In this document: positions 8,063-15,998 of the stretch, in pieces | How the letters are laid out: each line of letters starts with the position of its first letter | Position numbering within the stretch: the first letter of the stretch is position 1 | Assembly: GCA_964247135.1 (NCBI GenBank) | Contig: CAXTTL010000069.1 | Location: 1-20,401 of the forward strand | DNA from: an uncultured Deinococcales bacterium | Lineage (GTDB): Bacteria; Deinococcota; Deinococci; Deinococcales; JAAFIG01 | Direction: 5' to 3' | Length of the DNA: 20,401 nt | Translations under genes and position numbers: made by a program | Notes under the pieces: model-generated | Told to the model about the DNA's origin: nothing | The model's database searches: none | The model's input: the letters and a program-made list of their open reading frames with translations, nothing else

Positions 8063-9699
8063 CGAACGAATTTGATGTTGTGGCGCAAGCCATTCACAGC
8101 TTGCCTCGGGTGAACGCACCTGTTGGGTTTGCCGCAAGTTTGAGTGCCGAACTCGAGACTTGTCTATTGCTCGAAGGGCTTGAACGCATTCACGCGCCAC
8201 CCGATTTTGCCAAGTTGATGGCGACTGAAATCTCGAGTGGTGCAGCATTGTCAGGGCATCTCGAGTTGCTGTCCAAGGTTGCTGTGCCTGAAGCTTTCGC
8301 CTTTCAAGTCTCGAGCGAAATTGCCCAAAGTGCTTTGCTTGCCCAGATTCCTCGGGTGAGCGCACCCGACAGTTTTGCGGCAAAAATATCGCACGCGATT
8401 GCTAATAATGCTTTGCAAGCCGACATTCCCGCCATTCCTCGAGTGAGCGCCCCTGCCGGTTTCGCTCGGCAACTTGCGGCGAGTATTGCCCTCGATGCCG
8501 AACTGAGCAGTCCGTCAGCCCTGCTCGAGGCTCAACTGAGCAGCATTCCTCGAGTGAACGCCCCAGCAACATTCGCCTCGAGCCTTGCCGCCAAAATCCA
8601 AGCCGATGTTGTGGAGCTTGAAAACCCTGATCGCACGCCATTGTATTTCGTGTTTACCTTGCTGGCTGGCGCTGGTTTGGGTTTGATCGGGCTGTCCTGG
8701 AATTATGCCAGCGTCACCGCTCGAGCCGTGATCGATTTGGTTCAAGCGCTGCCTGTCAGTTTGATCGTCTCCGCCTTAATTGTTACCCTGCTTGCCGCTT
8801 TCGCCAGTGGCTCGAGGCGCAATGTCGGGGCGCTCGCCAGTACGATTGCCTTTGGGGTTTGCGCCGCCCTGGTGCTACCGCAAGCCGCGCCATTTTTTGG
8901 CTCGAGTGTGATCGCTGGAGTTCACAATTCCAGCATCGTGCGCTTTGGCGGTGACATTACGGTCAGCGGCACGGTCAACGGCGATGTGGTCAGCATTGGC
9001 GGCAATGTCAGGCTCGAGCCGAGAGCCAGCGTCACGGGCAAAGTCATGACCTTTTTGGGTGATGTCAATTTACCAGCCGACACCCGCAAAGTTGGTGGCG
9101 TCAGTGCAGTGTTGGGTCGTTTTCACAGCGATGCCGTGCAAACCATTCCCGCCCAAAGCGCCAATCTACCTGGTTTAAGTGCCGCCAGCGCTTTACAACC
9201 CTTCAAAAACCTCTTCGGCTCGAGCAATTGGCACTGGGTGTACCTGCTGGTGATTGCCGTCTGTGCCGCCGCCTTGCAATTGTTCAACTGGGAAAAACAG
9301 CTCGAGCGTCATTTTAAACTCGAGGCTGGACGCGCCACGGGCATCGGTTTGCTGCTGGTGATTTTGACGCTGCCGCTGGCGACCTTGGGCGGTTTAAGTC
9401 TGGTCGGTGCGCCGTTTGCCATTCTCATCTCGAGCTTCACGATTTTTGCCTTGACCGTCGGCATGGGTTTAAGTTGCAGTTTGCTCGGGCGTTCGATCTT
9501 GAAACGCCTGGGTTTGAAGCTCGAGCCTTGGGTTGGAAGCGTGCTCGGTTTGGGCGTGTACGCGCTGACGTTGTTTGTGCCAGTCTTGGCAGTTTCATTG
9601 TGGCTGCTGGGTGGAGCTTGGGGCGCTGGGGCACTGATTTTGGCATGGCGTCAACATGAATTGCGCATCCCAAATGCCTTAAAAGCCGTGATTGACTGA
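8059..9699 (+). CDS. Putative membrane anti-sigma factor with six N-terminal repeats, a bactofilin-like (polymer-forming) beta-helix segment and multiple TM helices
   Basis: GTGA overlap with the ECF gene. Six PRVxAPxxFAxxL/I-type repeats, about 3 TM helices, a GGDITVSGTVNGDVVSIGGNVRL beta-solenoid segment, then about 5 C-terminal TM helices. The anti-sigma role is inferred from gene position. Confidence 0.72.
   Translation: MTNEFDVVAQAIHSLPRVNAPVGFAASLSAELETCLLLEGLERIHAPPDFAKLMATEISSGAALSGHLELLSKVAVPEAFAFQVSSEIAQSALLAQIPRVSAPDSFAAKISHAIANNALQADIPAIPRVSAPAGFARQLAASIALDAELSSPSALLEAQLSSIPRVNAPATFASSLAAKIQADVVELENPDRTPLYFVFTLLAGAGLGLIGLSWNYASVTARAVIDLVQALPVSLIVSALIVTLLAAFASGSRRNVGALASTIAFGVCAALVLPQAAPFFGSSVIAGVHNSSIVRFGGDITVSGTVNGDVVSIGGNVRLEPRASVTGKVMTFLGDVNLPADTRKVGGVSAVLGRFHSDAVQTIPAQSANLPGLSAASALQPFKNLFGSSNWHWVYLLVIAVCAAALQLFNWEKQLERHFKLEAGRATGIGLLLVILTLPLATLGGLSLVGAPFAILISSFTIFALTVGMGLSCSLLGRSILKRLGLKLEPWVGSVLGLGVYALTLFVPVLAVSLWLLGGAWGAGALILAWRQHELRIPNALKAVID
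8092..8610 (+). repeat. Six degenerate intragenic protein repeats of about 22-37 aa
   Basis: LPRVNAPVGFAASL, LERIHAPPDFAKLM, LSKVAVPEAFAFQV, IPRVSAPDSFAAKI, IPRVSAPAGFARQL, IPRVNAPATFASSL. DNA similarity is visible at about 8101, 8347, 8434 and 8545. Confidence 0.85.
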
Positions 9700-9700
9700 C

Positions 9701-11266
9701 CTAAAGCGGAATGTTGCCATGCTTTTTGAACGGGCGCGATTCCGCTTTCTCCTCGAGCATCTCGAGGTGCAAAATGAGTTGCGCCCTGGTCTGCTCGGGT
9801 TGAATCACATCGTCAATGTAACCTCGAGCGGCGGCGACATAAGGATTATCGAACGCGCTTTTGTACTCGGCAATTTTGCTGGCTCGGGTCGCGTCTGGGT
9901 TGGCTGAGCCTTGAATTTCGCGGCGGTAAATGATGTTGGCTGCACCGTCTGCGCCCATCACGGCGACGGCGGCGCTCGGGAATGCCAGCACCACATCGGC
10001 GCCCATGTCGCGGCTGTTCATGGCAAGGTATGCGCCGCCGTAAGACTTACGGACGATCAACGTGATTTTGGGCACGGTGGCTTCGGCATAGGCATACAAC
10101 ATTTTCGCGCCATGCCTGATAATGCCCTGATGCTCCTGAGCGACGCCTGGCAAAAACCCTGTGACATCGACCAGGGTCACAATTGGAACGTTGTAACAGT
10201 CACAGGTGCGAATAAACCGCGCGGCTTTATCGGAGGCATCAATGTTGAGCACCCCCGCCATTTGACGCGGGTTGTTCGCCACAATCCCAACGCTGCGCCC
10301 GCCCATCCTGGCAAAACCGCAAATCATGTTCTTTGCCCATTCGGGCTGCACCTCGAGAAACGCTTTATCGTCCACGATGGCATGAATCACGTCGATCATC
10401 GGGTAGGGTTTGCGCTGGTCTGGGTTTACAATCTCGATCAATTCTGGTGTGGCTCGGGTTTTGGAATCTTTGGTGGATTTGAGCGCTGGTTTCTCTTTGG
10501 CGCTCGAGGGAAGGTAACCCAGAAGGTCGCGGATGCCGGCAATCACGGCTTTGTCGTTGTCGTACTCAAAATGTGCCACGCCAGATTTCTTGTTGTGAAC
10601 GTCCGCACCGCCGAGTTCTTCAAAACTGACATCTTCACGGGTAACACTTTTGATGACTTCTGGACCGGTAATGAACATATAGCTCGAGCCACGAGCCATA
10701 AAAATAAAATCGGTCAGGGCTGGGCTGTAAACTGCACCGCCCGCGCAAGGTCCAAGAATCGCGCTGATTTGCGGTACAACGCCCGAGTAAATCGCGTTGC
10801 GGTAAAACACCTCACCGTAGCCCGAGAGGCTGTCCACGCCCTCCTGAATGCGAGCACCGGCGCTGTCGTTCAGACCAATGATCGGGCAACCCACCCGAGC
10901 CGCCAAATCCATGACCTTGCAGATTTTGCTGGCGTGCATTTTGCCGAGGCTGCCGCCCAGCACCGTGAAATCTTGACTGAAAATACAAACCTTGCGCCCG
11001 TCAACCGTGCCAAATCCAGTCACCACGCCCTCGCCCGGGGCTTCGATGCCCTCCATCAATCCTGTCTCTTGATGCTCGACAAACGCGCCCAACTCAACAA
11101 AACTACCCTCATCCAACAACTCGAGGATTCGTTCTCGGGCGGTCAGTTTTCCCGCATCGTGATGCTTTTTGATGCGTTCCGCACCGCCACCGTTTTGCAC
11201 GGTTTTGCGACGCTCGAGCATCTCGGCGATTTTTTCTTGAAAAAAGAGATATGAATTGTCAGCCAT
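9701..11266 (-). CDS. pccB: Acyl-CoA (propionyl-CoA-type) carboxylase carboxyltransferase beta subunit
   Basis: Motifs GKLTARERI, SQDFTVLGGSLG, NDSAGARIQEG, GPCAGGAVYSPALTDF, DVTGFLPG, RHGAKMLYAY, RKSYGGAY, and C-terminal KKHGNIPL. Confidence 0.93.
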   Translation of the reverse strand: MADNSYLFFQEKIAEMLERRKTVQNGGGAERIKKHHDAGKLTARERILELLDEGSFVELGAFVEHQETGLMEGIEAPGEGVVTGFGTVDGRKVCIFSQDFTVLGGSLGKMHASKICKVMDLAARVGCPIIGLNDSAGARIQEGVDSLSGYGEVFYRNAIYSGVVPQISAILGPCAGGAVYSPALTDFIFMARGSSYMFITGPEVIKSVTREDVSFEELGGADVHNKKSGVAHFEYDNDKAVIAGIRDLLGYLPSSAKEKPALKSTKDSKTRATPELIEIVNPDQRKPYPMIDVIHAIVDDKAFLEVQPEWAKNMICGFARMGGRSVGIVANNPRQMAGVLNIDASDKAARFIRTCDCYNVPIVTLVDVTGFLPGVAQEHQGIIRHGAKMLYAYAEATVPKITLIVRKSYGGAYLAMNSRDMGADVVLAFPSAAVAVMGADGAANIIYRREIQGSANPDATRASKIAEYKSAFDNPYVAAARGYIDDVIQPEQTRAQLILHLEMLEEKAESRPFKKHGNIPL

Positions 11267-11275
11267 GTGGGTCTG

Positions 11276-11281
11276 ATTCTA
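11276..11281 (-). promoter_or_regulatory. Putative -10 box (TAGAAT) for pccB; very short leader
   Basis: The minus strand reads TAGAAT-N9-ATG with no SD sequence. Confidence 0.5.
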
Positions 11282-11332
11282 CGGCGCGACGGGGGTTCAG
11301 TGTTTCGAGAATCGGGCTTGACAAATCCTGGC

Positions 11333-11368
11333 TTGCAGGTTGTTTACTAATATGCTAGCATTCTAACA
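11333..11368 (+). promoter_or_regulatory. Putative promoter and RHH operator array upstream of the ankyrin-RHH-VOC operon
   Basis: TTGCAG (11333-11338)-N17-TAGCAT (11356-11361) is overlapped by three tandem 8-mers: TACTAATA, TGCTAGCA, TTCTAACA (11345-11368). The middle one lies inside the perfect palindrome ATGCTAGCAT. Confidence 0.55.
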
Positions 11369-11387
11369 ATCCAAATCGAGAGGTGAA

Positions 11388-11954
11388 ATGATGACAAATA
11401 CAATTCCAACTGAGCTTGTTGAAGCCTTCGTCCTCGCCGCGCACAACAATCTTGGGGAAGTTCAAGCGCTGCTCGAGCGAGAACCCGCACTTTTAAATGT
11501 GTCTTTCGAGAAATTCAACGAAACCGCGCTCGAAGCCGCAGGTCACATGGGACGGGAAGACATTGCCAATTTTCTGCTTGCACAAGGCGCAAACCCTCAA
11601 ATTTTTGCGGCTGCAATGCTTGGGCGTCTCGACGAGGTGAAACCCATGCTCGAGAAGGACCCGAGTTTGATCAAGAAAACGGGCGTTCACGGATTCTCGC
11701 TGATGTTTCACGTTGCGCTTTCAGGCAATCTCGAGCTTGCCAATTTACTCGAGCAACACGGTGCGGACATTGCCGATCACAGCCTTCACGCGGCACTGAT
11801 GAAAGACCATGTCCCAATGCTCGAGTGGCTGATTCCTCGCGTGAATGACATCAATTCGCCAAATTACCAAGGTCTTACGCCACTTACCGTCGCAATCAAC
11901 AGCAATCAAACAAAAGCCATCGAAGTCTTGCGCAAAGCTGGTGGACACGGGTAA
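11388..11954 (+). CDS. Ankyrin repeat protein
   Basis: Ankyrin-like segments [48 protein letters not shown] and [33 protein letters not shown] fits a start at 11388 or 11391. Confidence 0.88.
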   Translation: MMTNTIPTELVEAFVLAAHNNLGEVQALLEREPALLNVSFEKFNETALEAAGHMGREDIANFLLAQGANPQIFAAAMLGRLDEVKPMLEKDPSLIKKTGVHGFSLMFHVALSGNLELANLLEQHGADIADHSLHAALMKDHVPMLEWLIPRVNDINSPNYQGLTPLTVAINSNQTKAIEVLRKAGGHG

Positions 11955-11962
11955 AACAATCT

Positions 11963-12169
11963 ATGGCTGACGAAAAGCAACAGTTTAACGTGTACCTCCC
12001 GCCAGACTTGATTCGTGCGGTCAAACATGCCGCGATTGACGATTGCGTGTCACTTTCGGGCTTTGTCGAACAAGCCCTTCGCGCCCAACTTGCGATGCGC
12101 GAAGCCATCATCAAGGCGTCAATCCAAGCCGTCTCGAGCCTCGAGATTTCCGTCAAGGGGAAAAAGTGA
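11963..12169 (+). CDS. Ribbon-helix-helix (CopG-family) transcriptional regulator
   Basis: [39 protein letters not shown] shows the beta-strand, helix, helix pattern of RHH proteins. Confidence 0.85.
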   Translation: MADEKQQFNVYLPPDLIRAVKHAAIDDCVSLSGFVEQALRAQLAMREAIIKASIQAVSSLEISVKGKK

Positions 12170-12519
12170 AACTCGAACTGATTTTGTCCGTCTCGAGCGT
12201 CGAACGCGCCGCCGAATTTTATCAGGCACTTGGCTTTGAGCTTGGTGTTCGAGGCATCAGTCCGTACTGGGCAGAAATGACCGTTGGCGAGAGTTTTATC
12301 GGATTACACCGCGACGACAACCTCAACCCACACGGTTCGGGACGGGTTTTTGTCATGCTCAACGCACAAGCGCCGCTCGAGACGATGGTCGATCAACTGG
12401 GTCGAAATGGTATTCAACTCGAGCGCGACATTGCCGATGAAACCTTCGGGCGCAGCATTCAAGTGCGCGACCCCGATGGAATGCTGATTCAGATTAACGA
12501 ACACGAAGCGCAAGAATAA
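12166..12519 (+). CDS. VOC/glyoxalase family protein
   Basis: Start re-called at GTG 12166 (GTGA overlap with the RHH stop). Motifs [16 protein letters not shown] and [21 protein letters not shown]. Confidence 0.88.
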   Translation: MKLELILSVSSVERAAEFYQALGFELGVRGISPYWAEMTVGESFIGLHRDDNLNPHGSGRVFVMLNAQAPLETMVDQLGRNGIQLERDIADETFGRSIQVRDPDGMLIQINEHEAQE

Positions 12520-12623
12520 GAATTCTCGAGCCGTCAAAGTTCTCCTGCATCGGGCAAATTCTGTTACCAGTCCGAGGGTACTATTTTAAACTCGAGACTC
12601 GAAAAAAACAATTTCAAAGTGGT

Positions 12624-12652
12624 TTGAAAACGTGGCATTTTGAGCCTAAAAT
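12624..12652 (+). promoter_or_regulatory. Sigma-A-type promoter giving a leaderless transcript
   Basis: TTGAAA (12624-12629)-N17-TAAAAT (12647-12652)-N6-ATG (12659), with no SD sequence. Confidence 0.7.
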
Positions 12653-12658
12653 GCTGGC

Positions 12659-13144
12659 ATGGCTTTACCTTTTTCTGAATTGCTCGAGCGTGCGGATGAA
12701 GCGGGTATTCGCATTGAAATGATGAACGGAATCCCGATCTGGGAAGCCAGCCCTGCGTTTCGTCATCAGCGCGAATCATTTCGCATTCAACAAAGTATCA
12801 AACGTCTCGGTGATTGTGGTTGTCACCATGTCGCCGATGTGTACGTGAAGTTCTCAGACAAATCGATCAAACGTCCTGACATCAGTATTTTTTGCCAAGA
12901 ACCTGCCGAACTTGACGAGGCAATTACCCTCATTCCAGAGGCAGTCATCGAAATTATTTCTGTGGGTTACGAGATCAAAGACAAAGAACTTGCGCCAAAG
13001 TTTTATCTCGAGAATGGCGTCAAAGACATTTTGGTCTTCGACCCACGCAGTCTGGAAATTTGGCACCACACGACAACGGGAACTCGAGAATTCACTTCGC
13101 CCACGGTTTTTGAACTACTTTGTGGATGCTCGGTCAAAATTTAG
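12659..13144 (+). CDS. Uma2-family (DUF820) PD-(D/E)xK endonuclease-fold protein
   Basis: Motifs IEMMNG..., SPAFRHQ, KRPDISIF, PEAVIEIIS, KDKE...FYLENGVKDILVFDP. Confidence 0.88.
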   Translation: MALPFSELLERADEAGIRIEMMNGIPIWEASPAFRHQRESFRIQQSIKRLGDCGCHHVADVYVKFSDKSIKRPDISIFCQEPAELDEAITLIPEAVIEIISVGYEIKDKELAPKFYLENGVKDILVFDPRSLEIWHHTTTGTREFTSPTVFELLCGCSVKI

Positions 13145-13716
13145 GATTCTTCTGGTTCTGCATCGGGTAAATTCTGGTACAAATCTGACAACACAATTTC
13201 CAACTCGAGGCTAACGAATCTGAGATTTGAATCGTTCGTAAAACGTTCGTAAATCCATTTGTCGTTGCTTCTCAAGAAAACCTCCGCCACAGGTTCGTTT
13301 TGCGAAAGCAGCACGTACTGCTCGAGGCTGGGAATGGTTTGGTATTGCTCCCACTTTTCGCCTCGGTCAATGGCTTCTGTGCTCTGTGAAAGCACTTCGA
13401 TCAAAATATTCGGGCGGTACACAACACGGTTTGTATCGAGGCTCGAGTCACAAGTCACCAGAACATCGGGGTAATAACCTTTGCCGCTCGGCATTCGCGT
13501 AATAACATCTGCAAAATACGTGTAGCAGCCTCGAGCGACAGAAATCGGCAGGAGTTTTGAGTAAAGCATTCCTGCAACAAAGTTATGCCGTTTTAAACCC
13601 CCTGCCATGATAAACAGATTACCATCCACAAACTCGTGCCTCACGTCGGAGGTCGTCTCAAAACGCACGTAATCTTCAAACGTGGCGACGGTTTTGACTG
13701 GCGAAACACGAGGCAT
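13141..13716 (-). CDS. Uma2-family (DUF820) endonuclease
   Basis: Motifs RHEFVDGNLFIMAGG..RH, YYPDVLVTC, PNILIEVLSQSTEAIDRGEK..YQTIPSLEQYVLLSQ. Confidence 0.93.
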   Translation of the reverse strand: MPRVSPVKTVATFEDYVRFETTSDVRHEFVDGNLFIMAGGLKRHNFVAGMLYSKLLPISVARGCYTYFADVITRMPSGKGYYPDVLVTCDSSLDTNRVVYRPNILIEVLSQSTEAIDRGEKWEQYQTIPSLEQYVLLSQNEPVAEVFLRSNDKWIYERFTNDSNLRFVSLELEIVLSDLYQNLPDAEPEES

Positions 13717-13721
13717 GATTC

Positions 13722-13727
13722 AGTATA
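13722..13727 (-). promoter_or_regulatory. -10 box (TATACT) for a leaderless Uma2 transcript
   Basis: The minus strand reads TATACT-N5-ATG with no SD sequence. Confidence 0.6.
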
Positions 13728-13774
13728 CTCGAGATTTTTAGATTGGATTTTAGCCACTCAAGGTATCAATAAAC

Positions 13775-13800
13775 TCCCTTCTCTCCTTGGAGAGAAGGGA
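13775..13800 (-). terminator. 12-bp perfect hairpin downstream of der; intrinsic terminator or REP-like element
   Basis: TCCCTTCTCTCC-TT-GGAGAGAAGGGA. On the minus (der) strand it is followed by GTTTATT. Confidence 0.6.
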
Positions 13801-13852
13801 CCCTGCCCGTTAGGTGCATTTTACGGTCAAGAGAGAGGGAGCAACTCGAGTT

Positions 13853-15283
13853 TTACTTTTTGTCAACTTTTTCCGCTGCCGCTTTGCGCCGTTCACTGCG
13901 TGAACTCGGCGGTTTGGAACCGCGTTCACCCTCGAGCGCGTGTTCCTCACGGGCAATTTCGGCTTTGCTCGAGGTTTTCTCTTTCTTCTGGAATGCCGCC
14001 CCACGTTCGCGCCAGACGATGCGCACGGGAATACCTGGAAGCTCGAGGTCTTCGCGGATGCGGTTGCGCAAGAAGCCTTCGTAAGCTCGAGTGACAAAGT
14101 CTGCCCTGTTACAAAAAATCACAAAGGTTGGCGGCGCAATTTCGGCTTGGGTCATGTAATACATTTTCAAAGGCTTGCCCTTAAAGTTTGGCATCTGTTG
14201 ACGCATCTGCCAAACCTCGAGCCAGCGGTTGAGGTCGCCCGTACTCACCCTGGTTTGCCAGAGCGTATAAAGTTTGGTGCATTCGGCGAGCAGTTCATGA
14301 ATGCCGTACTCGTTGATCGCACTGGTGTACACCCTGGGCGCAAAATCGAGGTGATTAAGACGTTGACTGATGTCTTTTTCGACTTTTTTCAGGTTTTCTT
14401 CAGGCACCAAATCCCACTTATTGATGATGATGATGACGGGTTTTCCCGCGTCATACGCCATGTTTGCCAGTTTCATTTCGTGGTCGCCCAATTCAAACGG
14501 GTCAATCACCAGCAAATTGATATCGGAGTTTCTGATGCTTTGCTCAGAGCGAAGTTGCGCAAACAGCTCAATGTTGTCCTTGGGGCGGTGGCGAATGCCG
14601 GCGGTGTCAATCAAGATAAAACGCTGACCCGCGTAATTAAATTCAATATCAATCGCATCTCGAGTCGTTCCGGCAATCGGCGAAACGATCACGCGATCCG
14701 AACCCGTGATGGCGTTCAACATGCTCGATTTGCCCGTGTTGGGGCGTCCGATCAATGCCACGCGAATTGGCGAAACGTCCGTAATCTCTTCGTCATCTTT
14801 GGGCAGAATCTCGAGCACCCTGTCCATCACGTCGTCCAAACCCCTGGCGTGTTCGGCGCTGGTCGGCATCGGGTCGCCAAAACCGAGTTGATACAAATTT
14901 AAAAGCAAGTTTTCTTGCTTGTTCGAGTCAATCTTGGTGGCGACCAAAATCACGGGTTTGCCCAACCGTCGCAACCACATCGCAATCTCTTCATCGGCGC
15001 TCGAGAGTTCGGTGCGGGCATCGACGGCAAAAAGCACGACTTGGGCATCGTGAATTGCCATTTCGGCTTTCTCGAGGATTTTGGCTTCCCACTCGTCACC
15101 GCTCCAGAGTCCGCCGGTGTCCATCAACAGAATGCGGTGGTTTTCATAGAGCATGAATTCTTCTTTGACATCGCGTGTCACACCTGGTTCGTCGGCAACC
15201 ACGGCGGAGCGTTTGCCGATCATGCGGTTGAACAAACTTGATTTGCCCACGTTTGGGCGTCCTACAATGGCTACTTTATGCAT
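13853..15283 (-). CDS. der: Ribosome biogenesis GTPase Der (EngA)
   Basis: Two tandem G domains (GRPNVGKSS/DTGG/TKID and GRPNTGKSS/DTAG/NKWD) plus a KH-like C-terminus (TQAEIAPPTFVIF). SD GAGGA. Confidence 0.97.
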   Translation of the reverse strand: MHKVAIVGRPNVGKSSLFNRMIGKRSAVVADEPGVTRDVKEEFMLYENHRILLMDTGGLWSGDEWEAKILEKAEMAIHDAQVVLFAVDARTELSSADEEIAMWLRRLGKPVILVATKIDSNKQENLLLNLYQLGFGDPMPTSAEHARGLDDVMDRVLEILPKDDEEITDVSPIRVALIGRPNTGKSSMLNAITGSDRVIVSPIAGTTRDAIDIEFNYAGQRFILIDTAGIRHRPKDNIELFAQLRSEQSIRNSDINLLVIDPFELGDHEMKLANMAYDAGKPVIIIINKWDLVPEENLKKVEKDISQRLNHLDFAPRVYTSAINEYGIHELLAECTKLYTLWQTRVSTGDLNRWLEVWQMRQQMPNFKGKPLKMYYMTQAEIAPPTFVIFCNRADFVTRAYEGFLRNRIREDLELPGIPVRIVWRERGAAFQKKEKTSSKAEIAREEHALEGERGSKPPSSRSERRKAAAEKVDKK

Positions 15284-15441
15284 TCACAGTTCCTCTACAC
15301 CCCAAGTCTATACTGGGGTTGCTCAGTGTACACGAGTCAATCAAGATTTGCTGTGATGCGAATTTTTGAAGGCTTCTGGTATTTTTTCTCAGTTCTCGCA
15401 CAGTTAATTCAGTAAACTACAATCTAACGGAGGTGCTCGAG

Positions 15442-15975
15442 GTGCTTAAACAGATTGCGTTGGTGTTGGTTGGAGGCTTGCTCGCCATCGGTGGTTTTAT
15501 GGCTGGGCGCTCGAGTGCGCCAAAAGAAATAATCACCATGAATCAAGCCATTCCTGGTTTATTTCGGGTGCAAAACACGCAACAAGCCGCGCCCGTCAAT
15601 CCAAACAACGATGCTCGAGAGTTGATTCCCCTCAACCCGAATGGGCAGCAGCCGCAACCTGGTCAGGGGCAAAAACCGCAGGATTGTCCAGTGCAAATTT
15701 TTCAGGATGGAAAGTTGTACACCTTCCCGCAGCCTGGACAGCAGCCACAACCTGGGCAGCAAAATGGCAATCAGCCTGGGCGCGGCGGTCAGCCGCAAGA
15801 GTTGGTTCCGTTGCAACCCAGTGCGCCGAGTACCACACCTCAACCGAACACACCACAAAATACGCCAGCTCAACCTCGAGCGGTGCCGATTCAACCCAAC
15901 ACCCCAAATACCCCAAGTGATCCAGAAAATCCTTTGAATCCTTTCGCACCAACCCTGCCGAACACCCGCAGTTAA
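15442..15975 (+). CDS. N-terminally anchored Pro/Gln/Asn-rich hypothetical protein, first gene of the MoxR operon
   Basis: Start re-called at GTG 15442 (SD GGAGG at 15429-15433; ORF track starts at 15433). One TM/signal helix, then low-complexity P/Q sequence with two EL[IV]PL motifs. Confidence 0.8.
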   Translation: MLKQIALVLVGGLLAIGGFMAGRSSAPKEIITMNQAIPGLFRVQNTQQAAPVNPNNDARELIPLNPNGQQPQPGQGQKPQDCPVQIFQDGKLYTFPQPGQQPQPGQQNGNQPGRGGQPQELVPLQPSAPSTTPQPNTPQNTPAQPRAVPIQPNTPNTPSDPENPLNPFAPTLPNTRS

Positions 15976-15998
15976 ATTCTCAATTGGGAGCAAAACAC

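Noticed and set aside
11318-11323. Perfect TTGACA -35 box upstream of the ankyrin gene
   Set aside because: No TANNNT lies at 16-18 nt spacing. TTGCAG-N17-TAGCAT fits better.
12043-12165. Longer N-terminus for the VOC protein
   Set aside because: It overlaps the RHH gene in another frame. The coupled GTG at 12166 gives a normal-sized VOC domain.
11963-12519. RHH plus downstream gene as a type II toxin-antitoxin pair
   Set aside because: The partner has clear VOC/glyoxalase motifs and no PIN, RelE/ParE, MazF or GNAT toxin features.
12659-13716. Uma2 pair as a restriction-modification or defence island explaining CTCGAG
   Set aside because: There is no methyltransferase or other defence gene nearby, and an active CTCGAG restriction enzyme would be expected to deplete the site rather than enrich it.
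13733-13753. CAATCTAAAAA shared between the Uma2 upstream region (minus strand) and the window end (20390-20400)
   Set aside because: It is only an 11-nt AT-rich match truncated by the window edge, which is too little to call a repeat family.
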